From Gracilinanus agilis (lineage: Eukaryota): a stretch of 64,000 nucleotides of DNA. Where the stretch lies: positions 4,437,395-4,501,394 of the forward strand of contig NC_058134.1 of assembly GCF_016433145.1 (NCBI RefSeq), written 5' to 3'. How positions within the stretch are numbered: position 1 is the stretch's first letter; the number at the start of each line of letters is the position of its first letter. Below, one piece after another: positions 23,346 through 37,280 of this stretch. Both the position numbers and the translations under genes were made by a program. Below the pieces are notes generated by a model, which saw only the letters and a program-made list of their open reading frames with translations, did not search any database and was not told the DNA's origin.

Positions 23346-26300
23346 AAAAATGAAGGAAGGAAGGAAAGAGAGAGACAGAGCAACAGAGACACAGAGAGAT
23401 CAATAGAATACTTAGTCACTTCCTTCCTGGAGTTTAGAATCTAGTGGTCCTGTACATAATGGGAGCCTGGCGAAGTAGAGAGCTATGAGTGGTGAGTGGT
23501 GTGAAGATCAACTCCCCATAATGCTAGAGGACAAGGCCAAGCTTTCACTTGTAGGAGGGCACTTATTCTGACATGCTGGGGGAAAAAGACAAAAAGTACT
23601 GACTGTCACAGAGATTCCTGGGAAAATGCCTCGTGGCCTCTAGACACTGCCAAAGAGGAAACTGCAAAACTCAATAGTTTGTGTGACTCTGGTCTTTCCC
23701 CGGGACCATCCTGGTTGTTTATCCCCATATTCCTCTTGCATTCCAAAGTTCTAGTTGGCTGTCTCAGGATTCCTCACTTGCTGCTGTTTCTGCCCCCATT
23801 CAGTGGCATGGGGGGTATTTCTCATTGTCTATGCAGTGAATGGGCTGCTTCTGTGCTGCATACAATGAAGACAATGAAAATGCCATCACAGATGACTGTG
23901 TCCAAGATGTGCAGAAAATCGGCCAATAGGAGGGTTCGGGGGAACTCTGGCTCATTATTCTGACCATTTCATGGCTTAATAATATTTATTGAGGCAATTT
24001 ATCACTGGCTCGCACCATGATAAGCACAAGCTCTTGGACAAATGAACTATGTCAATGTGTAGCTCAGAGCCTGTCAATTTTTGCTGCTAGACCACAATGG
24101 AGTTTTTGCATTGATGCTCGGATGCTATTGAAGTCTGACAGGGCAGAATAGACATGAGCTCATTGCACCATCTCGATGGCATTCAGTTGTGCCACATCAG
24201 AAAGAAAGAGGATAAGCAGGGCTGACAAATTGGGATCAAGAGATTTGTATTTTAGGAGGGAGAAGATTTTTCAGAAATGGATAGAGGGCTAGATGTCAGG
24301 CACCCAAAGAAGATCAATACAGCTCATAAATTGGGATGGATCAAGCTCCCTCAGAGCCTGATCCCAACTGATCCAAAGGTCCTGGAAGCAGGTACTTCAT
24401 TAGTAAATTTTCAGATAATAGAAGCTTAGATTTTGAGCTGGAAAGGACCTCAGAGTTTAGCCCTTCAGCTTATAGAGAAGGAAACCAAGAGGCAGAGAGT
24501 TAAAATCCACCCCTCCACCCCAAAGCTCAGACAGCTATTAAGTGGCAGAACAGGACACTGAATCCAGGTCTCTTGACTACAAAGCCAGAACCCTTTCCAG
24601 TATACTCTGCTAAGAGCACCAGGCAATTGTCACACATCATGTACAACTAAGTACTGTTTTGTATATTCACAAATAATGAACCAACCAAGTGCCGTGAATT
24701 CAGAGAGGATGGAATCATTCCTTGAAGGCTGGTTGTCTGTCTCTTGATCTGCTTGGCAATATGTGCCCCTTGGGCTTCATATTTATTTGGAAAATGGAAC
24801 TAAAAAGAGGTTTAGGATAAGAGATGGAATGATCAGAAAAGCAATCCAATCAGCCCAGCATTTTGTCTTTGACTGCAACGTCAAGGGATGATTAATCAAA
24901 GAGATGACTTACCCTTGGAAGTCACCTCCCAGTCATCCCCACAGAGTCCCTTTTCCAACAAATAATAGCAAGTTCTTCATACTTAGTTGGTAATGAACTG
25001 TCAAATTTGACCTGGACTAGTAAAAGAGAGCAGATTTGGGTCAGAAGATGCAGGTTTGAATGATGGCTCTGCCATGTAGCTGGGTGACCTTGGGAACATC
25101 ACCTAACCTTCCGGACCTCCATTTCTTTATCTGTTCATTGGGGAGACTGAACAACCTGGCTCTGAGATCCTTTCTAGCTCTAACAATGTGTCCATGTCAC
25201 ATCACATATGAACTTTCTAACTGAGTGATATTTATGAAATATTATCATATATGCAGACCATATCCCATTATATATTCATACATATGCATGTGTGGACATA
25301 CACACTATAGCTGCATATGTATGTAAACACAAATACACATACACATTAGGGGCAATTGGTGGTACAATGTTAGACCTGGAGTCAGGAAGATTTGAATTTG
25401 AATTGGACCACTAGACCAGAGGTCGCTGCCTCATTCCTGACCCTTCATTTCTTTTCATGGCTTTCACCAAACAGCTCCAAGAGGCCCAAAGCTCCCTTGG
25501 AAGTGATGTCTGAGCCTCTCTCTCGAAGAAACCAGCAGTTATGGTTATTGGTTCTCTTGTGTGGGAATTGAGAAGCCAGCTGTTCTATGTGGATGCCAAA
25601 AACACCAGCTGGAGACATCTGAAAGGAAGACTGACATATTATATTTTCTCTTTGTTAATATAAAGTTTGGAAAGCTTTCTTCTCCTGGTCATGGAAAGAG
25701 GGCTCTGGGGGCATTATATGGGCCCAGAGTTTTTCCACAAAGTGTAGTCCAGGGATAAGACTGCTTCTGGGGAGAGTTACCTCTTGTAACTCCGACCTTG
25801 GCCACCACCATGCACTTCTACACCATGACTGTGAGACCAGATCTTCCATCTCGAGTCCTCTATTTTGCGTGGGACCTTCTCATGGAGGTGTGTCCTCAGC
25901 ACAAGAGGATGTAGTCATTTTGGCTGCTTTCAGGTGGGGCTACCTGGGCACCTTGCTGGACACACCTTGGGCTTTCTTTATCCAAGAATGTCAGGCTGTC
26001 TCTGGTACACGTACAATGTTGGCATAGCCTGGAAGACCATCTGGCGGAAGGATAGGGATCAGGTGGAGCTGATGTTATGTAAAGGTGCCCAGTGTTTTTG
26101 CCTATTGCAAGCATTTATAAGTAGGAAGTCACCATGGAGCCATGGCTGGGATTTGCTTAAATCTGCTCTCAGAATTTTTCAATTGCAGAGACACCTCATA
26201 GGAAAAGAGAAGGATAGAATCATAGATAGATAGATATAGTCCCTACAGTTATGGGCATCCCGAGTCTCTGCAAATTGTCCCTTAAGTGTATCCATATGGT

Positions 26301-28399
26301 CTACTGGTGAGGAGTCTCCTTTTCTAGGAAGGTGATCAGATGAATGGATTCTGATTGTGCCCTTTGGGGAAACTTGTGCATGTATGGCTGGAGCATCAAG
26401 CTTTTCTCACTCCCCCATTCCTGCATATTGACAGCAAATTGTTGGCATAGCCCCACCCTGATGTAGTCCCTCATCACCTCACCCTGGGCCATTGCAATAA
26501 TTGTTGGGAGCCTCAAGTCTCTCTTGGTTCCAGTCTATCCTCCCCTCATCTGCCGATGTGGAAGCTCGGCTCTGATCATGCCCCTCTCTCCTGCCTCTTG
26601 AAACACCCCCAAACTCCAGTGGCTTTGGGTTATTTTAAGGTTCAGATATAAAGTCCCGTGTGTGGCTGTGAAATCTCTTGACAACCCGGCCCCTTTCCCC
26701 CTTTCCAGTCTTTTTACACTCTCTTGTCCTCTATGTGCTGTGGGATGTAGCAGCCACGTTAGCCTCACTGTTGCTTGCACACGACATTCCATCTCTCCAG
26801 TCTGTGCCCTTAAAGGTCCTCTTCTCCCCTTTCCCTCTTGGCTTGCTTTCAGTGCTTCATGGACTGGAGCTGCCTTGGATCAGCGACTGATGACCAAACA
26901 AGTGAAGCCTGACATCACTAGGGCTTTAGGAGGGCTCTTTTCTAAGCCTATAAAAGGGGACAAGCTTAACACGGCCCCCTGTTCTGTTTGTTAGGTGGGT
27001 GGCCAGAGCTAGCTGGTAGGAAGATCCCTTCCACCCCCAGAGAAACTTTCTTTGCCTGCTTTTTTTTAAAGGGAAGTTGGAGCAGGCTGGGGTGGTTGGC
27101 TGTAGTATGTGTGGGGAAGGCCCATTTCTTTGATTTTGTTCTGCATTTGAAAGAGCATCCATTCTAAATTCCATTATGAATATCAAATGAGATCTTTGTG
27201 AAGTGCTTGGCATGGGGCCTGGTATATAGCTGGTGCTTAAAGATGCTTATTTGTTCCTACCCCCCCCACCTCCAAATCCTACCAGCGACTTCTAGAGAGT
27301 GCAGAGGTGGCTGGGGTGTTTTCTAGGGCTTCTGAAAACATCTTCCATGGTGAATAGGACTGTAAATTTAGCTGAAGATTAGGCCACTGTAATTCCTTTT
27401 GTAGTACCCCACACCAAGATTGCTGTGGGGTATTTCCTTCACTTCCTTTTAAATAAAATGACTTGATACCTTTTGTTTTCCCATAAAGCCCAAGCCACCC
27501 CCTCCCTACTCTGTCCCTGTATCAACCTCCCCCTTGTACCAAAGGAAAAAACAGGCAAAACTACAGATGGTTGGGTTAAGGGACACCCAAAACGAAGAAA
27601 GTGGATAGAGTTAGGTGGAACCATGGAAGTTCCTTGGAAAGGCCAGGTAAGCAAAGTCTCCAAGCCTGAGTAGACTGTGAGAGGGCAAAGTCCAGATTTG
27701 CAGACACCTCCTTTTAGATCTTCTCTGGATACAAGTCAAGTTTTCATGGGAGGGACCCTGGCAGGTCCCCGTTGTATATGAGATGCCATGGTGAGGACTC
27801 TAGGTCTCTTGGGATCAGATTATGTCATATATAAGGATGTGAATCATATTCTACCTTGATTTTATGCCAGACTTTCAATTCAAATACAATTTCTGGCTTG
27901 AACTGGCTTGATACTACTTATTTTTGGCTTATCTTTTTGTAAAGAAACAGAGCTATTCCAATCAAATTACCAAGGGGATCCTTTATATAGAACTAGACAA
28001 AATAATAACAAAATTCATTTGGCAGAATACAAGACCTAGAATCTCATGGGAAATAAGAGGGGCCATATGAATGAAAGGAGTAGCACTACTGGATGTCAAA
28101 GTATATTTATTACAAAAATGCAATCATCAGAATGATTCTATACTAATGAAAATAGGAAAGTCAAGGTTGACTCAAAGCTTGGCAGACTATTGTCTCAGAT
28201 CCCCATCTTCCCTCTCTTCTAGTTTGGCATGGCCCAAGAGCTAGGACATGTATAATACATCCAATAAAACTTCATTTGAAAATGTAAAAAATCTTTACTC
28301 ACAGGTTAGATTTGGCCCTCCGTAGGCTAGAGTTTGTCTACTGCTGAACTTGATAAAGCAAAATTCAGAAAACTTGAATGTAGTTTTTTAAAAAGGAAA

Positions 28400-29100
28400 A
28401 TCATAAATTCTCATTGATCACATGAAAAGATGTTCACCTGACTAATTAAAAATGCAACCTAAAATAATTCTGAAACATCACCTTCCATCTGGAAAATTGG
28501 CAAAGATCATAGAAAATGAAAATGTGCAATATTGCAGGGCCTATAATAAGACAGACATACTAGTACATTGTTGATGGACCTGTAAGATGATTCAACTGTC
28601 CTGGAAAAACAATTTTAGATTTCAGGAGAAAATGAATTAAACTATCTCTGTCTATGGACCCAGTGATCTCTCTACTGGGCTTACATGTTCACCCCCTTTC
28701 ATTTTTCGCTACTGTTCTTAAAAGCAGAAATAAAGTATTAATAGCAGCACTAGAAACAAAGACCATGTTCAGTACCTGGCAGAATGGCTAACAAATGATG
28801 GCATATGGGTGCCATGGGTTGTTAGTATGCTCTAAGTAACTATGAAGAGAGTTCTTGGGGAATTTGGAGAAGCCTAATGAAACTTGTCTGAACAGATTCA
28901 GGGTGCAGTGAGCACCACTAAAGGAATAGACCTAGAGAATGACTCCAGGAACATCACTAAGAAGGACGTACTATTAATAGGAAGGCAAACGCTGAGGAAC
29001 TGAGATGTTTCATTTTAATACTTCTCATTTCTTGGCAGAGAGGTGGGGGTTATGGGTGTAGAATGATGCATATATTTTCAGGTGTTGCCATTTTATTGGT
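28400..29100 (+). mobile_element. Old L1 3' fragment
   Basis: catgaaaagatgttcacc...aaatgcaacctaaaataattctgaaacatcacc...ggaaaattggcaaagat. Confidence 0.65.
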
Positions 29101-29109
29101 TGTTTAGAT

Positions 29110-29598
29110 CAGTGATTCCCAAAGTGGGCGCCACTGCCCCCTGGTGGGTGCTGCAGTGATCCAGGGGAGCAGTGATGGCCACAGGTGCATTTTGGAACAT
29201 GGATTCAGTGCAGTAACCAATTTATTAACAAAAAAAGAAACCAATTGCAAATAGTCAACCATGGTGATTTAAGATTGCTGCTGACGAAAATAGAGCCAAG
29301 GATTACTAAATTGGTAGCAGCACACCAGGTTCATCCTTCTCATTAAGATGATTTTGAAAGTTTTAACTTTTTTTGTATTATATTCTATTCTGAGTTCAAT
29401 AAATAGTTTCATAATTTCAAAGTTCAATGTTTCTAATTTATACTTTTCTTTAATATTTTATGAAAAAGGTAGAAACATTAATACATATATCTTTCCTACT
29501 AATTGCTATTAAAATAAAAAAAAATTAATTGCCAGGGGTGCTAAGTAATATTTTTCCTGGAAAGGGGGTGGTAGGCCAAAAAAGTTTGAGAACCACTG
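29110..29598 (+). mobile_element. hAT/Charlie-type element, family B, long form (489 bp) with a transposase C-terminal remnant
   Basis: Ends CAGTGATTCCCAAAGT ... AGTTTGAGAACCACTG, TSD gtttagat/gtttcgat. About 29194-29346 translates (one frameshift) to EHGFSAVTNLLTKK/RNQLQIVNHGDLRLLLTKIEPRITKLVAAHQVHPSH*, which resembles Charlie/Buster transposase C-termini. Confidence 0.9.
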
Positions 29599-31999
29599 GT
29601 TTCGATTAACCCTTTCTTTGCTACAACAGAGAATGCAATGCTCTAGGGCTAGGGAGAGGCTATATTTAGAAAGTTCTGGGAAGTTAAAACAAAAGATATT
29701 ATTATGACATGGTATTTCAATGTAAATAAACACCCATGACTCTCTTGTTGTGACCTTTGTCTCCCTGCCAGAAAAGAATCACACTGTTCTAATCTACGGA
29801 TCAGTTAGCAGTGAGTGGTTCCGGAAACTTGGGAAATCATTCTAGTCCTTTGGGTTTTCTCGAGAAATCTCAGATAAATAAATATGAATTCAAATCAAGC
29901 AACAAAAGAAACAAGTTCTCTTGCCTCTCTCCTACACTGTTTTTTAAATAAGCAAAGAAAAGTTTTGCTTCCCACCTCTGATCACTCTGTCTAGCCAACT
30001 AGAGCTGCAGGCTGAAGAAGAAGAGCCACTGAACAAGTGGCAATGTTGGAGCCTCAGTCTCTGATTGAAAGCAACTCACTTGGACCAAACAAAACTGCAA
30101 TCTCCTCATTTACAAAAGGTTTTGTCTTCACTTGTGTCTGAAGGTGGGAGGAAGGTGCTCCAGCTCTGAGGATTGGCCAACTGGACATGACTAAGGTGTC
30201 CAAGGACTCAACATGGCAAAGGGTGAATTGTGACTCTTACTCAACAAGCATCTAAGATTGGAGAGGACTTTTTACTACCATACAACATCCTTGGTAGCTT
30301 CATCTGAAAGGACAGTCTAGAGCACAGGGAGCCATTTACTAATGACCTTTTGATTCTTTCCACAGCTATGCTTTGTAGGACGGCATGAGCCTTTTGCTGT
30401 GAATTCATGCGGCAGATCCTGCTTCCCAGACAGTCCCTGCTTACTCATCTGTTGCTCTGTGCCTAAACCTTGGGATTTAAGAGTTGATCAGCTCTTCTTC
30501 CATAACTTTTTAAAGTTTTCTAAGGCAATGGCCAAATTGGTATCTACATTCTGGTCATTTTTATATTGTAAAGACATCAAAATGTTTTGCCGCATTTCTT
30601 CAATCTAAATAAAAATGGAGATTCCCATAAACCACTGTGGAAAGAGAGACAACCATAATCCTCTGTGATATTGAAAGAGATTCTCTTGTCCTGGACTGTC
30701 TGGGAGGCTTTAATGACTTCTGTCTTTACAGCAGATTGAATAAAAATTCGCAATCTAATTATATGAAACCCTCCTTCAAACACTGGTACTTGAGCACGAT
30801 GGTAAAAAGAGAGCCCTTTGAGTTAAATATAATCCCCCAGATAATTACATTCCAAACACATTTAATGACACACCAGCTTACAGGAAGAAGAAATTCTCTG
30901 TTGATTTATAGGTCACATTATGGAGAAAACAATCTAGTTATAGCCCTTCTCTCTGAGCTTAAAGCATCAGCATTTCCCATGTAATGGCGGGTTAATCTTT
31001 GTTCTGAAGTTGTTTCCACTTCTGGAGAGCAGCCATGCATTTGGCAATTACAATCCTTAGTCTGCTTTTGCTTGGGTGTTCTGAGCAATTGATCTGAATT
31101 CAGACCTTTTTGCTCCCCTAATTCCGCCTTGCCTTCCCTGCCCTTCATAAAAACCAAGTCATCTTTAGTTCTAGTTTCCTTCTAATCAAAATGAAGCCTG
31201 ACTGGTAGTTTTCTTTTGGGAGTGGGGTACTCAGTCCCTGCTGCTCTTTGGGAGAGGAGGGTAATGGGGTTCTCTGGCTTCAATAAAGGTTGCCCTCAAA
31301 AGCCATGGAAACCAAGACCAATCCTGCTACCAAAGAGCAGTAGCTGATTCTAAGGCCTTGACAATTTTTGCCAAACTCCCATTCTAAGGCACAGTAAGTA
31401 CTGATCTTGTCAAAGCAGCAAGTGCTATCAGAATTTTGGGAGGGAGGCTGATATGGTCAGGCCCTGTGACCTCTGGAATCAATTGCCTAAGCATGCTGGG
31501 AGACAGGAGAAGACCACTACATACTAAATGAGTAGCCAAGTGACCATCAGTGCAAAGGGTTATCCTTAACTAAGGGCCAACTGCTGGCAGATCATATTGG
31601 ACTCAATGAAGGAGGCAGTGGAATGGAAGGAGAAAGAGGAGCTGGGAGACAGGTATGCAGGACTCTCATTTTCCACTGCCACCAGGCAGTATCTCCACCC
31701 AATTCTGACTTAGGTTGGACCAGATCTAGTCTGTTTGCTGTTGCATTTGGGTTAGGGATTAGACCTCTGGGATCATGCTCTATGGAAGTCATGCTTCCTA
31801 TAACCTGGTGCCTCCCAAATGAAACAGAATCTGACTAGAATGCAGTCATCACACAAGTATGTCATAGGATCACATACAAGCACATTAGAGAACTGCAGGA
31901 TCTCTGAGCTGGATAGGAACTTGGCATTCATCGTGGCCAACTCATGGCTGAACAGCTGCAAAATCAGTACTCCGTAACAGTCCATGTTGGTTTGAAGAC

Positions 32000-32450
32000 A
32001 TCCAGTGAAGGAAAATTAGCTTCAGAGGCAGCCCATTCAGCTTTGGAATTGCATTCTCACTGTTAGCAAGTTTTCACTTTTCACACTGCCATTTTATCCA
32101 TTGCTTTGTGTCCTGTCCTTTGAGGTCAAACAGAAAAAAAAATCGAATCTCTCTTCCATATACTAAGTACCTCAAATCTTAAAGGTACCCATGATATCCT
32201 TTCTCCCACACTAAATCTTTTCTTCTGCAAGAGAAACATCTCTACTTTCTTTTACAATTCTTTATATGGAACTGACTTGGAGTTTCCCCCAAACTAACTC
32301 AACTGGCTGCCTCTGAATCTTTTCCAAATTAACAACGTCCTTCTAAAATATCACATCTGGAGTGGAAGTCCTCCAGATGTCATAGGCTTGACTTAGAGGC
32401 AGAAGGACCTATGATACGATACAGATCTGTCCCTTTCTAGGCTTGAACAC
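32000..32450 (-). mobile_element. L3/CR1 fragment
   Basis: ggcagcccattcagctttggaatt...gttagcaagtttt; aaatatcacatctggagtggaagtcctccagatg. Confidence 0.55.
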
Positions 32451-34949
32451 TCTGTTGCTTCTAAATACTTCTTTCTTGGCTGTCATATCCTACTACTCTT
32501 TCATATTGAGCTTGTGATTCTCTATAACTTTTAGAACAATTCCCTAGCTACATCTTTCTCACATTACACTTTCTAAAGCCCAAGTCTGGGATTTGCTTTG
32601 TACCTATTGCAAGTCATCAAGATCTTTCTCATTCCCATCCCTGTTATTGTGTTTATTAGCTTACCGTTTTCATTTTGTAAACAAGATGATCATGAGTATG
32701 CCATTTCTGCCTTTTTCTGAGTCAAAGAAAAAATGCCAAATAGCCTGGGGCCAAGCACAGATCTCAGGAGCACTCCTTTTGTCATCTTCTTCCAAGTTGA
32801 CATGAAACAAATAATGTAAAGTCTTTGAATCTGCCCATTCCACCACTTCTGCAGCCATATTGCCCTGCTTTTCATTGGTCCATTTTATCCTTATGGAGAC
32901 TTGTCCAGGATCACACAGCTTGTAAATGACTGAGGCACAATTTGAAGTCAATTCTTTCTTACTCTATCACTCAGTCTACTGTGCCACTGAGCTGTCTCAC
33001 AATGAATGACTGTGATTAGTGTAAAGTCAACAGTTATGTTTTCAATTAGCCAGGCATCATCTGAGATGCTGGGGAGACAAAAGCAAGAACAAAATGGTCC
33101 GTGATTTCAAGGTTGAGAAAGACTTATATGAAGAGAAATTTCCTTTCTTTCCTTATAAGCTCCTCTTTCTCTCTCTCTTCTTAACTAATCAGCATGTTTG
33201 GAAAACTTTTGATAACCTCCATGTTACCTCTGACTGGTCCTGCTTATTTCCACTTATCCCCTACTGATTTGGGACAACAGCATACTCAGTGATAGCATAG
33301 GACCTGTCCCTCTCTGGCACAGAGACCCTTCCCTTCCTTTTTATCCTCATTCCCCTTCTGTTCCTTCCCTTTCCCCTTCCTTGTGTATGGGAAGTCTGGG
33401 AGAAAGGAGGAGACTTTAGTGAGAAAGAGGTATCACAAGGACAAGATAGAGATAAGTGAGTGTGGAGAGAGCCTACTGCCTCTCTCTGCCTGTCTGGCTT
33501 GATTGCTGGCTCTGGGGCTAAGGCATGTTTAATTGTATTAAAAAACATTTTTTTTGCCCTGTGAGGGACCTAGATGTATCCAGGACAGAGACAAAGGACT
33601 GGGTGAATAGTTGATGGCCAAGAAAGCATCTGTCGGTGCTTGGTAAGGGATGGTCAAATAGGCATACATTTCTAGGATGAATTTAGTTGAATTAGGTTTG
33701 AGATCACTGACTGCCTTTTGCTCTAAGTAGATCATATTCCAGGTGACACGATGTTTCATAAAATGACTATATGTGGTTGTTCTATGACTATATCTTCTGT
33801 ATTGGATGTTCTATGGGGACCTTGTCTCTAGATGTAAGAGCAGTTAGCTAGTTCTTCATACCATATTTTCGCCTCTACCACAAAACATGGAGGTATCATG
33901 CAGACTGATCAACTCTGAGAAAACTGATTTAGGCTTTGGAGGACTGTCAGCTCTGCTCTGTTTTCTTCTGAGCATTCTGGGATTGGTCACAGAAAGTCAC
34001 AAAAGGACAATGCCATCTTGACTTTCTTTTTCTGGGAGGTCAAGTTTCTTGTCCTGCAGATGAAATCTAAACTAAGATGAATTTTCCTACAAATGTCTAA
34101 GACTTGTATCATTGGAGGGAGTCATGTGACACTTGTCCTCTATTCTGGCCTCAAGATTCTGGAGAATTCCCCCCTTTTGCTAGGACAGCTAAAGAATCAT
34201 AGTCTTCAGCAATCACAGGACTAAAACCCCATATACTCAGCTTGCCTGACTCTCATGTGAGAATTAAAAAGGGGACAAAAACCCAAGGTGTTAACAGTAT
34301 GGGTGATCTTGGACTGGTCTCACTGTCTGTGGGTCTGAATAATTCCTCAATTCATACTCTCAATCTTTGATCTCATCATCTCTGAGAGTATTAATACTAA
34401 AATTCTGGACAATCATTTTGGGAAAATGAAACAAAGGCATTTGGTTAGAATATTTCCCGAGTTTTATTGGATTAATTAGCACCCAGGTTTGGAAGATGTA
34501 AGGATTTGGTGGAGGTGAACAGCTTGCCATCCTGTTTACTCCATAAACCAAAAGCAGGCAGATGCCCTAATTCCTTAGTTCCACAGTTGAGTCTCAACTC
34601 AATTACAAAACAAAATCTATAGCCCCAGCTCAGGCATTTGTATTGAGAAGAGTCTGCAGAAGTAATCAACTCCAATTCCCTCTGCCTGATTTAATTACAG
34701 AGCAACATTTGGTGCAGCTGCTAATCTCTTATTAGGTGACCCCTTCCCCATTCCCCCCACCCAACCCCTCTCACTCAGCCTGGAGGAGGAAAGGTATTTA
34801 TGGTCTTACACTTGGCTCCTGAACTGTTTGCCCTGTTAGCCCATTTACAGTGGGGCTAAGGGTTCCGTCTGAGAAGATTCCCAGATTTCTTTTAAGTCAC
34901 AAACATTTTCCTTTTCTCCAAATGAATCTTCCATGAATTGATCCAAATA

Positions 34950-35116
34950 NNNNNNNNNNNNNNNNNNNNNNNNNNNNNNNNNNNNNNNNNNNNNNNNNNN
35001 NNNNNNNNNNNNNNNNNNNNNNNNNNNNNNNNNNNNNNNNNNNNNNNNNNNNNNNNNNNNNNNNNNNNNNNNNNNNNNNNNNNNNNNNNNNNNNNNNNNN
35101 NNNNNNNNNNNNNNNN
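34950..35116. other. Assembly gap (N run)
   Basis: Run of n. Confidence 0.99.
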
Positions 35117-37019
35117 TATAGAGAGAAACAGACAGATGTATGGAGACAGACAGAGAGAGAGAAGGGCGACAACAATTCTTGTGGTTCCTGCAGATCTAAC
35201 AGAAAAGTCCACCATATCCTGAGTTATGACTGAGGACAAGAAGTGGGATTCTGCATGTCAAGAGCTAGTAAATTACTTTAGAGTTCTCATAAGTTTCAAC
35301 TTTCTACAACCAAGATGCCAACCATGTAGGCTCTCCATTATTGTCTATTTGACAAGTAAAGACCAGCCTTGACTGGCTGACCAACTTGAAGAGATTCGTC
35401 TCGAGGCATGGAGGGCTTGCTATCTGCTGTTGGAATACCCTTAAATGGATAAAATCGCAACTCCTTGAAGTCTGAAATGAAGCCACGCCGAAGGTGCCCT
35501 AGATGTACAAAGCTGAGTATGTAGAACAATTATGGAAAATATGCACATATCCCAAATGTTATATGTCCCCAACATTAGGGCGATGGGTGGGAGTCTGGTG
35601 TAGAACTTATTAGTTATGGTTCCACTTGGGCCATCTCCTTAAAAACTCTTCAGTGCTCCTGGCCACAAGGTCATGGGTTTTAGAGCTCTAAGAGACCTTT
35701 GAGGCCATTCAGTCCACCTCCTCATTTGACAGTTGTAGAAACTGAGGCCTAAAGAGGTCAGGTAATTTGGCCCATGTCACACAGGTAGCAAGTAGAGCCA
35801 AGATTAGAGGGCAGGTTCCCCAATTCTCAATTTCAATCCCTTTCCACCCTACCAGAGGAGGCTTGTTTTTAGAAATAAAAGGGGGGCTTAGTAGAGAAGT
35901 GCATTTAGGAACAAAGCCTTGACTGTCTCTTCTCCTAGCAATCTTCTGCACAAACAGGTCTAGAAAATGAAACCAAACAAAGAGATTCCTCTTCCTTTTT
36001 ATAATTTAATTAATGGATACAAAGCTGGACAGGATCCTAAAGACTCTCTCTCATTTTACAGAGGAGGAAACTGAGGCCCAGGGAAGGGAGGGGACTCACC
36101 TGTGATGGATGAAGACAGGAATGAGAAAAGCTGAGATTTGAACTCTGTGCTCTGATACCAACTCATTATCTTTTCCACTGTGGGACTTGATTTTCTAAGG
36201 AAATTGAAAGTGAACCATGTTGCCTTTTTCTCACTATGGGGAAGTAGATGCTATATTGTGGTCGAACCTCACTGAGAGAAAGGCTGGCTGGGCATGATTC
36301 AGCACCAGGGAGCTCTTGAGAACATGGGGCATGATGGGTAAGATGCAGATCTCTTTCTGGCTCCTGAGCTTGACAGCTTTCCATGCCAGGCTCAGGTCCT
36401 GGGATCCGTGCATCAGAGGCCTTGATTATGCTCTCCAGTGAGGGTGGAAAAGCTAATATCCATTACACAATCACAGCATCTGCCATTTCCTTCTCTTCCT
36501 ACAACATTGAAACATGGGCTGGCTTTCATTTCATTTAAGGCTTACCATGTGTAGCTTGGGCCCAGCACAAGAGACTGAAGAATTGTGATGCCTAAAGGTA
36601 AAAATTTCCCCATAACAACACTTTCTTTCCTACCCCAGAGGACAGTTTTCTACTCAGAACCCTTCCTGTGAGCCACAGGAGGAAACAATTGTGTTCACTG
36701 AAAGCAAATAGGAAGGGAGCAATGATGACAGTTAGCAGATGTTCCAGCATCCCTGAGGGAGCCCTGAATGTTTCTGCTTTGCCTCCAAACAGACCTCATC
36801 ATCATGTCCCAGCCCCCAGGGCCCAGTCGTCTGACCATGCTGCTCTAGCATCCATGAGACCTAAGCATTCAAAAGCAGGAAAGGATTGCAGAGGCAGCCG
36901 AGTCCAACTTCCTCCTTTGAAACATGGAGAAAGAAAGATGAGACCTAGAGATGGGAAGTAACTCACTCACTGGCCGCTCAGAACTAGATTATCTCAAAGC
37001 CAAAACTAATATCAACCCC

Positions 37020-37280
37020 CATGTAGTTCTCTTGCAGAGGAGAAAGTACTGGACCAGGAGTCAGGAAGGCTTGAGTTTGAATCCTGCTTTAGATACTGCC
37101 TAGCTGCCTGACCTTGGGTAAGTCACTTAACCTCTTTGTACCTCAGATTCCTCACCCATAAAACAGGGATAATAAGAGCACCCATCACACAGAGTCACTG
37201 TGAGAATGAAATGAATCAACAAATGTATATAATGCTTTACAAATCACAAAGTAGAATATAATTTATTATAATTACTATGT
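37020..37280 (+). mobile_element. MIR
   Basis: ggaccaggagtcaggaaggcttgagtttgaatcctg...gaccttgggtaagtcacttaacctc...ctcagattcctcacc. Confidence 0.8.

Noticed and set aside
34892-35239. ORFs spanning the first N gap
   Set aside because: Artefacts of unknown bases.
35300-35560. CpG-containing stretch with a mostly open plus frame (DWLTNLKRFVSRHGG...) as a viral insert or pseudogene
   Set aside because: Three stops in ~85 codons is about the random expectation, and I recognise no protein motif. A tBLASTn/BLASTx search would be needed to revive it.
36355-36400. Minus-strand WKAVKL look-alike of the exon peptide
   Set aside because: Six-residue match only, with no cysteines, flanking similarity or splice sites. 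Chance.
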